Below, one piece after another: positions 50,301 to 63,030 of a DNA stretch of 64,000 bases. The stretch's first letter is position 1; every line of letters starts with the position of its first letter. The notes under the pieces are model-generated. The model did no database searches. It saw nothing but the letters and a program-made list of their open reading frames with translations, and was not told where the DNA came from. Origin of the DNA: Amphiscolops sp. MND2022 (Eukaryota); NCBI GenBank assembly GCA_964187785.1, contig OZ076413.1:49106001-49170000 (forward strand), in the 5' to 3' direction. The translations under genes were made by a program, and so were the position numbers.

Positions 50301-53300
50301 TTTAGATACTGTAGTTGGCCCTGTTAGTAGTGTTTCCGCTTGCCAGTCAGTAGGTCGTGGTTTTGAAACCAGGCTGAAGCATGAACGTTTTTTGCAATGC
50401 CATTTGACGAAAAATCTCCGGATGCTTAGTCGTCATAATGTTGAAATTTGAACGTTGTCGTCAGTTTTTCTAATATTTTTTTGGACGTTTCAGCAGCGTG
50501 TAAAGATCCAGAAAGTTGAATCGAAACACTGAAAAACAAATCGAAGAATCTTGAAACGCTAAATATGCTTTTGCTTGGAGAAGTGCTTCGGCGGACTGTT
50601 TTCTGCAGTTTCCGATAATTTTTGCCTAGAATGTGTGCGATCTTTTTTCAAGAGAAAAGATAACAATTGTGAATGGGAAGGAACAAAAACTCGCCAGCTG
50701 TGGCTTCATCAGCGTGCCTATATGCCACTGCTGATCACGCTACCAACCAAGCTATCACGTCCTGAAATTCAACGTCTTGGAATACCGGATCTTCATAAAT
50801 TCAAAGAACGATAGTGTAGTAGCTAGTGCGAAAAACAACAATGTAGTTTTAAATAAATTTCTTGTTAGCTTCGCAAGTCATCTATTTTCTTGACACTGTT
50901 TCCAAGAATCTTGGTAAGAAATTCAAGTGGTTTACGTGAAGCAAGGATTTACAAGATTTTATCACGAATTTCAAGAGTAAACGGAGTGAAGTAAGATTTT
51001 ACAAGATCTTGGCAGGAGTTTCTTAGATTTTTATACTTCGAAGGTTTTATTCGTGTTTTTAGTCGGCGCTTTTTTTAAGAAAAGAGCCCGACTATTACAG
51101 TCACTCGTTTTTTTTCTTTCTTTCAAGACAGACTCGAAGCGACGAACGTTAACGTTCAGTATCTTCAACTAAACGAATACCCCGGAAACGCATCTAAGTT
51201 ATTCCAAAGGGTCCCCTTTTCATTTACTTTTTCAAGGAAACCCACTAAACCGGACGTGGCTAAAGGGTCCCCTTTTTGGATTTTTTTCGGTACTGTGCAC
51301 CATTTTTCGAAAATTTTTCAGTGTCCCCAAAGGGTCCCCAGGTCGTGGTTTTTGATATTTTGCAAGGGAATGTGTGTTAATAAATCCAGAAGGGTCCCCC
51401 TTTTACATTTATTGGCACTATGCGACTTTTTTTGAACGAAATTTTTTTTTCAAAAAGATCAAATTTTTCCAATAAATTGTTTTGCGCTTTTTGAGCCTTA
51501 AATATGGCGCCGGCATATTTGTCGTAATGAAAGTAAATTCCGATAATCAGATTTTCTTTTCGTGTCTTTAATTGTGTGATTGTTGAAGTCACCGCACACA
51601 ACTGTATCAAACGTTTTTCAAATTCCGTAAAACTCGAGTACACTTTCGAACGCTTGAAAGACAAAATGGATAATCAGACTATGTGGTCTGTATATAACTC
51701 AAAATTTTCTGATATTTTTGTAACAATGTTTGCTTGCGTGGTCAGCCATTCAATTTCACTCTGAGTTTCAAAAACATAATGAATAAAATCGTCTTGGACA
51801 TAAAAAGCAAAAACTCTGCGTTCCTGACTTGATGTTCTTGGTTCTGTTCAATTAATTCATAGTTTTCAGTTATAATTGTTTTCAAGATTGTCATTCTCGG
51901 TTAACCACAATTCTGTAACCACTATTATCGTTGATTTTTTTTCGTAGCCTCCTAGTTCAATTCATGTTCATCACTATAACATCGTAGCGATTGATTACTT
52001 GTACACATTAGACAAGGACATTTTATAGTACTGAGTTTCGCCATTGTTTGGTTCTCTTCATTCAAGATGAATACAAAGAAAAGGTTTAGTTTGGGTAGAA
52101 GGAGCAAGTAAGTACCAATATTACAGAACAATGCCTCGCTCATTCTAATTATTTTTATGTTCAACCTTCAATGCCGTTGTCAGATGATAGTGAAAGCCGT
52201 TGTTTAGTGTACACTGTTGATTTGATTGCAGCGATTCCACGTAATCCATCAGTTTCATTTCATCGTGTTATAGAACTTCAAGCTGCTGAATGGCAGTAGT
52301 ATCTGCAAGTGGTGACAGATCCGGATGGGGACATTAATTTGCAGGCGCTTTCGTACTGGACATATCATATGATTTTCTAGATGCTTAAGGTAATGCATTG
52401 CGAGTATCTGTGTTGCGTTTTTTCTTTAAAATTTTGCCAAAAGTCCACTTAGTGATATCATCTATTTAGATACTGTAGTTGGCCCTGTTAGTAGTGTTTC
52501 CGCTTGCCAGTCAGTAGGTCGTGGTTTTGAAACCAGGCTGAAGCATGAACGTTTTTTGCAATGCCATTTGACGAAAAATCTCCGGATGCTTAGTCGTCAT
52601 AATGTTGAAATTTGAACGTTGTCGTCAGTTTTTCTAATATTTTTTTGGACGTTTCAGCAGCGTGTAAAGATCCAGAAAGTTGAATCGAAACACTGAAAAA
52701 CAAATCGAAGAATCTTGAAACGCTAAATATGCTTTTGCTTGGAGAAGTGCTTCGGCGGACTGTTTTCTGCAGTTTCCGATAATTTTTGCCTAGAATGTGT
52801 GCGATCTTTTTTCAAGAGAAAAGATAACAATTGTGAATGGGAAGGAACAAAAACTCGCCAGCTGTGGCTTCATCAGCGTGCCTATATGCCACTGCTGATC
52901 ACGCTACCAACCAAGCTATCACGTCCTGAAATTCAACGTCTTGGAATACCGGATCTTCATAAATTCAAAGAACGATAGTGTAGTAGCTAGTGCGAAAAAC
53001 AACAATGTAGTTTTAAATAAATTTCTTGTTAGCTTCGCAAGTCATCTATTTTCTTGACACTGTTTCCAAGAATCTTGGTAAGAAATTCAAGTGGTTTACG
53101 TGAAGCAAGGATTTACAAGATTTTATCACGAATTTCAAGAGTAAACGGGGTGAAGTAAGATTTTACAAGATCTTGGCAGGAGTTTCTTAGATTTTTATAC
53201 TTCGAAAGTTTTATTTGTGTTTTTAGTCGGCGCTTTTCTTAAGAAAAGAGCCCGACTATTACAGTCACCCGTTTTTTTCTTTTTTTTCAAGACAGACTCG

Positions 53301-54126
53301 AAGCGACGAACGTTAACGTTCAGTATCTTCAACTAAACGTATACCCCGGAAACGCATCTAAGTTATTCCAAAGGGTCCCCTTTTTATTTACTTTTTCAAG
53401 GAAACCCACAAAACCGGACGTGGCTAAAGGGTCTCCCCTTTGGATTTTTTTCGGTACTGTGCGACTTTTTTTCGAAAATTTTTTAATGTCACCAAAGGGT
53501 CCCCCCTTCGAAATTTTTGATATTTTGCAAGTGAATGTTTGTTAATAAATCCAAAAGGGTCCCCCTTTTACAATTTTCGGCACTATGCAATTTTTTTTGA
53601 AAAAAAAATTTTTTCAAAAAGTTCAAGTTTTCCAAAAAATTGTTTTGCGCTTTTTGAGCCTTAGATATGGCGCCGACTTTAGACGTTCTCGCCTTGTTAG
53701 TAGGGTTACAGGTCCTAATGCCTGAGCACCAATTGGTCCTCTGAGCGAATTTCGAAACAGTTTTTTTTGCGCTTGAGAACTTTCTGCCAATTGATCATAA
53801 AATGTTCTTGCGCAATAATCTTTTCGGTTTTGTTGTTCCACAACCACTAAGTCGTTAAAAATGGACTTTTAGTGATGTCGACTGATAGAAAAAGTTATGC
53901 AATAGAAGAAGTTATGCAAAAGTGTATCTGTAAACAAAGGTTGCCGACTGTAATTAATGGTGACTAGTTTTTTCTCGGGAGCAAAAAGCTCACTTCCTAT
54001 GATTTACTTTTCACAAACTGTGTGCACAAGATCTATCGAACAGCCTAAGAACTTGTTGCGATCTCTCACGTAAAACCTGATGTAGCTGATGATGGAGCCG
54101 TAGTGCAACCTTCAGCAAACAGAAAA
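42261..54126. repeat. Nested tandem duplication: 42261-46044 is repeated from 46052, and inside the second copy a ~2.16-kb unit is triplicated (47184-49345, 49346-51509, 51510-53675)
   Basis: Identical shadow ORFs recur at 2164-bp spacing (49213/51377, 49788/51952, 50575/52739). Junctions were read directly. Confidence 0.92.
45128..45615 (+). mobile_element. HINE family 3 copy (also 48893-49348 and 51057-51512, 3'-truncated; 53220-53697, complete)
   Basis: GTCGGCGC ... GGCGCCGACTTGAGACGTTCTCGTCTTGTT. Confidence 0.8.
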
Positions 54127-54591
54127 GCAGCCCTAACCACCTAATTTTGAGAAACTACTTCTATTTTAATGTAATTGAAAGTGAATGTAAATGTTATATA
54201 TGTTTTTCCCATTCAAGGATTTTTTACTTTGATGCTAATGGTAAATTAGTAGTCCGAATATCATTTAACCATGAATATTGGAAGTCTTGAACTTAGTTAT
54301 CTTTGTATGACGTAATCTTGAAGCTACAATGCAGTAAAGAACATTTTCACGTACTTTGGCCATACGGCATTATGCAGTTTTTAGACTGCCGTATGTACGG
54401 CATCATACTGTTTTGCACAACATCAGTATGCGGCAACATAATGTTTTAAGAGTAACACATTTGCGTTATCATGCTTTTTATCTGCATACGGTATCATACG
54501 TTCTTCCTTATGATGTAGACATACATACTATACTATACATTTTTGGCAAAATTAACTGCGCTTTGTAGATAATGCTTATTAGATAAGGAAT

Positions 54592-55237
54592 TGTCATAAC
54601 CGTACTCATCGTCACTTTCTTGAGAATCAAATGAATTCTCTCTACGATGGTTTGTTTGGTTATTTTTGATCGATATTAACCTCGGAAACTCGTTCTGAGC
54701 ATCCTGGTACGATTTATTGATATTTTCTGGATGCAGTCTATTTGACCGAAGGTCCTTCTGAGAATTTTCTGGGGCTGCAGTATCTTGATGCAGTCCGTCT
54801 GACCGAAGGTCCAAGTTTGTATTTTTCGCTGAATTCTTTCTCCTAACAGCAATTTTGATGCTAGGCAGCACCCTAGTGTCAATTGCAGTGTATATAACGT
54901 CCAATATCTGAGAAATTAGGCTAGTTTGCATTTCTTGAAATTTCCTCGACATCTGTGATGAAATTTCAGAGCTAATAGCTCTACTAGTTTCAATGGTCAA
55001 ACAACTGTTTTCGCTTGGATTGTTATTCACGAAGGTTTGATAGTCATCTACATTTTGATCCCGGCCTTCCCGTTCATTAGACCTTTGGTCTAATGTATTT
55101 TCGTTATTCTCACTTCGAAATTCATTATTTTCTCTCTGATAACTTCCTAGCATTACATCTAGATTTTCTATATCAGACATTACGTCGGACTGTCTAGAGC
55201 GTTTTTCTCTTGCTTTCTGCTTTCTAGTTGAAGGCAT
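54592..55237 (-). CDS. MPSTRKQK... ORF, probably the gag N-terminus encoded inside the LTR, cut at the element end (...EYGYD)
   Basis: Basic N-terminus, helical/coiled segment and duplicated DLRS motif. Coding character changes at the TGACA boundary. Confidence 0.5.
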
Positions 55238-56040
55238 TTTCAAGAAATGGATTTGATTTCAACAGTGAATTAATCAACAGTAACAAATTGAACAGTTTTG
55301 TATCGTAGCGTTCTCAATCAATGAATGATTTTTCTTTATTACAAATTCCGCGTATATATAGTTTATACTGCATGACACGCAATATTTTGCGCGTCAGGAA
55401 CTAAATTTAGGGTGATATCATTCTAAAAATAGACCCGGTTTCATTATTAGGTCACTGGTTCTAAAAATAGACTGAAGGTTTTGACATTACGTCACACAAA
55501 CGAAGAGATATAAATAGCATCAAACAAACAGTGGGTATCTTTACATGTTTTCAAATTCAGGTTAAAAACAACCTTTGGCAACATCAATACTCAATGAAAT
55601 TCAAATTTGACCATGCGTCAGCATGATTGCAATGATAGACTGGTACTTCACTCTGATTGGTCAACAGGTACTTGTGACCACACGTCAATTTGACTGCAGT
55701 AGAGTACTAGTTAATTAACTTCTCAGAAAAGTGTTTTAAAGTACTCTTTAAACACTTTTAACAGCACTTGAGTTAATTTGCTAAGTATTGCGTCGTTAAC
55801 TAAGTAATATACTTTAGGTTCAGATTAATTGCGAGTAATTTCATCAATGGGAAATTCTAAATAATAATAAATCAATAATAGCAATTGAATAAATGCACTG
55901 ATTGAATGCTGTCAGTTCGACCTCAGGTTGAAATAGTAACATAGAATTTACATGTTTAGCGCTACTAATTTGGTCGTTACATGTATGAAACAAATATTAA
56001 ACTATCAGAATGAATGCTAAAGTTCGTTTCAGAGTTTGTT

Positions 56041-56865
56041 CTAGATAGGTAGTATTCCGGGTGCTGGTAGTGTCTCATTCCCTTCTGGCATCATTTGGTA
56101 TAGGATGCCGTCACAAGCGGCAGCTTGCCACACTCCCCCCGGTACAAGTATGAAAGTCCCTGCTCTCATGCCGGCCTGGAATGCATCACGTCTAGCAATC
56201 CGCTGCTCATAAGTTTCTCCGGGAATGTGTGTCTGTTCAAGGTACCCCAGTGTTATTTCTTCTTTAATGTCCGCTGATGATTTCCCACAAATCACGCAAC
56301 CAGTTTGGATTGTCTCATTCGGTTGGCCACAGCTTCCACTGACGCTGATCCCTAGGCCTGTGATGTGTGAATTGCCATACCATGAGTCTGCTGGACCATG
56401 TGGTTGCGTAGGCTGGTGGGTGTCAATTCAGGGTCCTTGGTCTTCTAGCAGAGGTGACCATGGGGAGTTCCGTAATGGGTTTAGCTAGCCACAGTACGTT
56501 ATTGGGTGGTCATTTGCATTTGAGCCATAAGAAGTTCTTGGGGGGCCACCTACACACCAATCGAGCAAATCTTGAGACGGATCTGTAAAAGTGCTTGCTG
56601 ATCCAATTAGATCGTCATCTGGTATCTTTAGGTCGTTCAAGCAATGTGCTAACTCTGTCGTCATGGCCCGACCTGCGATGAGTTGTGGAGGGAAGGGTAT
56701 ATTTTCACGATAACAAGCAAGAACTTGTATATCGTCGTCAGAATTTTTACCGTCAGGTCCATCCGCAACTGACACTGAGTCTACTTCCATTTCTTCATCG
56801 GATGACTGGTACGAAAGACTAACTAGAGGTCTATCGTGTTCCTCCAAAGAAAATTGTAGAGACAT
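56041..56865 (-). pseudogene. Accessory ORF (~275 codons, two in-frame stops) with acidic N-terminus and CxxC
   Basis: ORFs 56485-57042 and 56041-56295 share a frame: MSLQFSLEEH...SSDEEMEVD...GCVICGKS...RRDAFQAGM...ACDG. Confidence 0.55.
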
Positions 56866-58618
56866 TTCCTTGTAGAAACGTTGAATGAGAAGTTTTTTTA
56901 GCAAATTTGACTTGAGTTTTTTTGCGACCGATTCAGAGAGAACTTTAGGGTAAGAATGATGTGGTGAAGTCAGACTGACTATAGGTCTACTCCGGTTTTC
57001 GCGGGAATGGTTGAGCGGGAAATTTACCCACATCTTCCCCAACTATTTCCTTATAGGTTTCAATTTGGGTGAATGGTCATCAACAATCTAGAGTTAACGG
57101 TCTGTAAGAGTTTATTAATTGCCTCTTGAATTGAGTTTACTCTCCCTTTCAAAGACATCTCATTGACGCTTTAAGGGGTGTTAGTGTTAACTCTCTGTAA
57201 ACAATCGGCATCAAAGACCTTTGGTCAGGCCGACTGCAATAGTTGGTCTGACCAATTGGCTTTCTGAATGAGTGAATGATAATAATGAGTGAAATCAAGT
57301 AAAATCGCAGAGTAAAGAAAATTGACTAAGTTTTATGAAATGATTCGTAATACTATGGAATGAAATGGCGCGGAGCGATTAACCGAATGAAGATTTGTTA
57401 ATCTTTTAATATGTTAACCTTTAATAAGTACACCGCTGGCAGATACGGGACTTATTGTCACGTTGGTCTAGATAATTGATAACATTGAGCAAGTTTACAT
57501 GTAGCCACGACTCTTTGATGTTAGGAATTAGTAACAACGAATTGTGCATATTGGATAAACTTAGAGAAGGGATGGAGATGGTTCCATATTTGCTAGTGAG
57601 TACTGAGGAGTATCATAATGCCATTAACACGACTTCAGGTAAGAAGGTGATGATGACGTCATAATTGTAATAGGTTACTCCTTGTGAAGTGTGAATAGTA
57701 GTATGCAGGTCTTTGTTTGCAGTCAAGTGGACCTTGCGTCTAATTAGTCAAGTACTACTATGCTGGTAAAGGAGTGCTGTGTAGTGCACTTTCAGTCTAA
57801 ATGTATTCAAGACATCACTTGGATGGTACAGCGTGTTAGTATATTGAAGCAGTCTGGTTAAGTAAACATAAGAATTAGATAACCTTAGTAACTGGCGTGA
57901 CAATGAATATCAGTTGACATCTTTCATTTGATTCAGTCAGTGAAACTCCGTTCATTATTCTAGTTGTAATCTTTCAATTCAATTGCATTCTCCTTGTTAT
58001 TTGATATTCAAGTAGTATCACTTGAGCTGTACTGATTTACCTTTGTAATTTAGTGCAGTCTCTCTGACCTTGGGTTTCAAAGTAGCGGGTCTCATCGCAA
58101 TCAGTTTGAACTTTCCTTTCCACAAATCATTTCTACATTTAAATTTCTTATCTTTTCAATTGCTGAGTAATCAACCTCAAGTAGCATCACTCGAGTTGCA
58201 ATAGAATTTTTCGGTATTCCCTTGCAGTCTCTCTGACCTTGAGTCCCTTACCACGTATATTGAGGAGAATTAACTGGGATCTATCAGTCAACTAGCAATC
58301 CAGTCGTTATTCCTTTCCGAGGTAATTTCTCAATTTAGAAACCCCTGTGGCAATTCCATTCGTTTTAACACTCCGACGACTATCAGTTGGTTTACTTTAA
58401 CCCTCCAGTTCCTGCATGTACCAGAAAGAGACTGAGCGCCATCAATTCTGCCTCTCCATATGGACGAGACATCAGGTTGGTTCTTTTTAAATTTGTTAGG
58501 AACAAACTTGATCAAGGCTTATTTCTAACTTTGTCACCTCCTCTATCGTGAAATGTCTGCTAAAAGCGTGAACATTGTGTCGAACTCACTTCCGGAAGGT
58601 TCATAATTTTGCGGCAAG

Positions 58619-61600
58619 ATGGATTTTTATGCAGGAAGTCAACCGCGTTCATTTATTTCTTTCCGTGTAGGAGAAATTTCAAACGACCAACCAGCTCAGC
58701 CTGCAGAAGAGAGTATGGAAACGGATCAAATTGGAGTTGATGTTACCGAACAAGGTAGTAATCAAACAGAAGAAGCCATTGAGGTGTTTGAGATCACCTT
58801 ATCTTCAACTGAGCCTGAAGAAACAGCAGAAGATAATTTGCCGGAGCAAACAGTCACTCCCGTACAACAGCCTAGTCCTCAAGTCAAGAGGGAAGCTGAA
58901 TGCATATCATTACTAGCTGAGATGTATCGCAGAGGAGGTTTTGTCTTCAGCAGTAGTGGCTCAGATGTACCAGAAACGTTGAAGCCATGAGTCCTGATAA
59001 ATTTCAGTCTGAGAGAGCCGAGTCCCGTTTGACTCCGAAGGCCAGTTATAGTGACGCTATCCATCTCGCTCCCGTCGGTCAATCTGTTGGAACGTCTGGA
59101 CAAGCCGAGGAGCCAACAGAAGATGATCTTGCACTCACCACTCCCCCGTTACATCCTAACATTCAGAGTCTAGGACAAGGGAGTAAATTGCCAAAGAGTA
59201 AGGTGAATATCGAAACTCCTGCAATCGAGCTTGCATTCTCCCCTGCACAGGAACACCATGTCCTCAGTGGAGCTTCTGCATCAGGCCGCGTGGACTCACC
59301 GTCAAATGTGATGTCTGGAGGGGAAGAATTTATGTCGACTGGCGCAATTGAAGAGCTAACTAATGCTGACCTAGAGTCAGAACACTACAAGAGGTCTATC
59401 TTTGCTGACGCCATTGCAGCTCCAGTACACAACTTTGCGCCCCGCTTTAGTGAGGGATCAGAATGTGTTTCTCCTGATGAAGTCATTCAGCGTTCTGGAG
59501 GTCCTGCTCCACTTTCAATTCACAGTCAGGAGCTTATCCGGACATATTTTGAAAAAGCTCATTCATTTAGTTTACCCCAGGGCCATCCTACCATATCCCT
59601 CAACCAGGAACAGATTGGGCATATTCTCCGCATCGTTGCAGACGAGATGGCTAGGGCTTCGTTTGAGATGTTGAACAGTGTAGTGACCCGTGCCAGCCAG
59701 CTGAGCATTCGAGATTCGCCTACCATGAGGAAAACGCAGATGCATCGACCCATGTCTGTACGCTCGTGTACGACTGGATCCGAAGGAGACCTGACGTCAT
59801 TTGGTACAGATGATATTGGACGGGACATTGACAGTAGAGGAGCTACCAGTGGAGGAGACTTTTGCGGCGACGAAGACACTGGAAATTGTTCTAGTCGCTT
59901 GTCAGGTATTGAGGTGCCAAGTCCCCCTGCTCCGGGCAGTAGTAGGACAGACTTGAACGGGACCCCTAATTCTGGCGTATGTGGAAGTCCCGGGAACCAG
60001 ACATTGGCTGAATTAAAGCAAGAAGCAGCAAAGGCCAAAAATAAGGGTAGCAAGAGGCCGCCTCCCAAAAGTAAGGTGAAAAACCCACGCAGAGTTGTGA
60101 CTCGGTCCAGTAAGATCCTCAGAGACGAACTATTAGATGGAATGGCTTGGGCACGCACCTTTGTGTCTGGTCCGATGGACCCAAGGTGGAACCCTTACAA
60201 ATTTTATTGTCAAATTTGTAAGGGGAACGTCTCAATATACGGACGAGTTGTCAAAGAAATTCTGAGGCATCATTCTACTGAACGTCAACTACGTAAAGAC
60301 CAAAGGTGGCGTTATGAGCACCTTGCAGTCGAAGATCCCCTTACCAAAGTAGTACACCATCAGGTCAGAGACGGAAAGGGGCAGCTCCTATCGCCTAATG
60401 ATCTACAAAAGTAATACCAGTATTTCAAAGACGCTGTGTTGGTAGACATCGGGGAAAAACTGCCATATTACCATGAGGCCATGTCTGGTAATACCCACAT
60501 GACAGCCTCTTCAGAAAACCGAGTCAGGGTCCAAATATCCAAGGGTCCAAATATCCAAGGGTCCAAGTGGGTTTTGCGCCACTTCCTCCCGTCGATTGGT
60601 GACCTCGGGCTACTCAGAGGATTGTGGAAAGACGTTGGAGTGGTTGTCAACCACCAAGCCCTCTTTTCAGACTTTAACTGGGGCAAGGAAAGACTTTCCG
60701 TAAGTTTGTTAGACTACTTTCGTAGATACATGCTTGTTGTGGAATGTCAATTAATGTTAAACGTTACGTCACAATATGATCGTAATTGGTTGCTTCCAAT
60801 TTGACTCATCGTCATTCTGACTGCAGTATCTTAAGGAGCATGCTCTTCACTTGTCTAGTCGTGATTCTTTTGTGTTTCAGGTCTTATTCCTCCACATTTT
60901 CGTCCAGATGCTCGATGACATTGGACACCACGTCGTGTCTTCTGGTTTCTACGCAGTGGAGTTTGAAGTGCGAGGTGTTTTTCTCTTCATCCATTTGAGA
61001 TTTTGGAAGGACAAGCAGCTTTGTAGAGTTCTCCTGAGACGAACTGGACGGGTCCTAGGAAGGACCCCCGCAGAAATCGCCTTGCTTTCTGGACTATTGG
61101 CTGCCATCTCTACACGTCCCTCCTTAGTTTCATGCAGTGGGTGCTCATTGGAAATGGTGCAGTTAGTGGACAATAGTTCCCTGTTCCCCTTAGCCATCCA
61201 GAGTCCACAAAGATTCGAGGAGTTCCCTCTTCAGAAACTCATGAACAAACGCACCCATTGTGTCTTTGGACGAATTGACTTTGTGTCAGTCTTACAGTAC
61301 CTCATTGTCTTCCTTGGAGGGAGCCTCAATTTAGATTGTGCTCTGCTAGCTCCTGAGCTGTCAAAGGCTAGTCAACTGTTTTGACCTGAGTTCTGACCTT
61401 TAGTCGTTTGCCATTTCATGTCTCGTGTTTGATTACAGGCAATCCGGAGTTGCAAATTAGACTTCGCCAAATTGCATGTCCTATGCGAGGAGTTGCTGGC
61501 CAATTGGAGTTCTGTCCTGGAATTCTTGAGTTCGAACTCACTTCCCCAAGAAATGCAAGGAGTAAAGAACCAGGTTATTCATTTGTGACCAAAAGACTAG

Positions 61601-63030
61601 AACTTTACTTGGGCCTTGACGTTAAGTCATAATTTATATATTTTCCAGCCTCAGCACCTGGTAGGGACTATTGTGTATGACGACTTGTTCACCACCAAAC
61701 TCGAACTCTTTCAGTGTTTAGCGCGGGATTGTTAGTATTCTTCGTTTCTTGACTGAAGTTAACATTTCCTATAGCAACTCTTTTACGTATAGTTCGTTGG
61801 AGTCTAGCTTGCTTTTCTGATGTGTTTCCCTTAGGTGTACTTGACGTCCTCCTGACTGGTGTTGAAGGTATTTTGTAATGTTTAGACGCAAACAGTTTCA
61901 CCATTAACCTCAGTGGACGTAAGGACCGAGGACTTTATCTGTACCGGGAGCTATGCCAGTATTTTTTCAAGTTAGCTCGAAGAGGTACCAATCCCCAGGT
62001 TCTACCAGACGACCAGAATTGGCAAGCTATCCTGCATCTCGACATCAAGAAGGCTACTGCTCTCACAGTTACTGAGTTTATCTCAAGGATTAAGCTAGGA
62101 TCTAGACTGCGGGTCGCTTGTAGAACTATTGCTGAAAGAGACATGCGTGACAAGCAGAATCAAGGCCTGCCATAAGATGCTCTGGCTAACAAAAACAAGG
62201 ACGACTTTGGGAGATCTGCCCGGACTTACATTTCACATTTATTTGGTACAGTGCAAAACCAAAAACCTCTCACAACGGATCTGATGAAAGGTCTTGGAAG
62301 CTTTGATTTGAATACCTTACTACATGACCCTCTTTCTCATGTCGACTATTGTTTTACTCAGTTATTCACTAGTTTCCGGCTACGAGGATATTTTTCTTCT
62401 GATCAAGAGGTCGAGTGCCACGAGGAATACAGGTCATTTGTCGACGAGCTCCGGCGCAAGTATCCTGAATTGCATCAGCCAGTCCTCTTCGTTCTGGATA
62501 CCGTTAGTTCCCTCATTGAGCAGGCTTTCCTCCATAGCCGACCATCGCTACACAAGCTTTTCCGTTTGGCTAGCTTGTGCCTAGATGAGCCTTCTCAGAC
62601 TCTTCCTCCTGTTAAGTCTGGCTCAGTGGATTCTGATAATCCAACGAGTGGCTTTGTGGATGTGGTGTTACCCGTTCAATCCTACTTTCATAACGTGACT
62701 AATGGTATGGACTCTGTTAGTTCCGATGATTCTATTGCTGCTTTCCTCCGACTCGGGCCTACTTTCGTTGGGATTGGAACTTCTGATGTATATAGTCCTT
62801 GGGACAGTGTGGATTTCTTTGGACGCGTTGGAATTTTAGAGCAGTTGGATCCTGGTAGAGCATACAATGGCAGTCAAGCTTTAGTATCAACTTCTAAACC
62901 TGCCGTTGTCAGCAAGCCAGACAGGTCCAAGACGTCTGGTCCTGCTAAGAAGATGAGTCTTTTGCTTGATAGAAAGGAGTTGTCACCGAGTGCTAAGAAG
63001 TTGTTGTCCGCCAGTTGTTCTAAATTTTAA
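58619..63030 (+). pseudogene. Spliced accessory gene antisense to pol: disordered N-terminus, BED-like zinc finger, helical C-terminus (possibly hAT-transposase-derived); several stops and frameshifts
   Basis: FYCQICKGNVSI...ILRHHSTERQ. Phase-0 introns 60700-60880 (GTAAGT..TTTCAG), 61367-61438 (GC..TACAG) and 61574-61648 (GTTATT..TTCCAG) join open exons. The frame from ~61835 runs into ORF 62251-63030 through two TAA. Confidence 0.7.

Larger units (their letters stand above)
54592..57032 (-). repeat. Putative ~2.4-kb 3' LTR (TG...CA) containing ORFs
   Basis: Minus strand GGGGAAGA|TGTGGG start and TATGACA end. The second LTR is not in the window, so this is unconfirmed. Confidence 0.4.

Noticed and set aside
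43258..53847. Recurrent 60-95 aa ORFs (MEKCFGG..., MSFKRSK..., MNIKIIR...) as a small gene family
   Set aside because: They are fragments or shadows of the duplicated LINE/HINE unit, mostly with non-ATG starts.
56120..56145. Alternative PPT/LTR start GGGGGGAG|TGTGGC on the minus strand
   Set aside because: It lies inside the coding frame VPGGVWQ; the 57032 site fits better, but neither is confirmed without the second LTR.
59559..60158. 199-aa minus-strand ORF
   Set aside because: Antisense shadow of the 475-aa plus-strand ORF, with no recognisable motifs.
60527..60567. 16-bp tandem repeat GGGTCCAAATATCCAA in the antisense gene
   Set aside because: Most simply a local slippage duplication in a decayed copy; no evidence of function.
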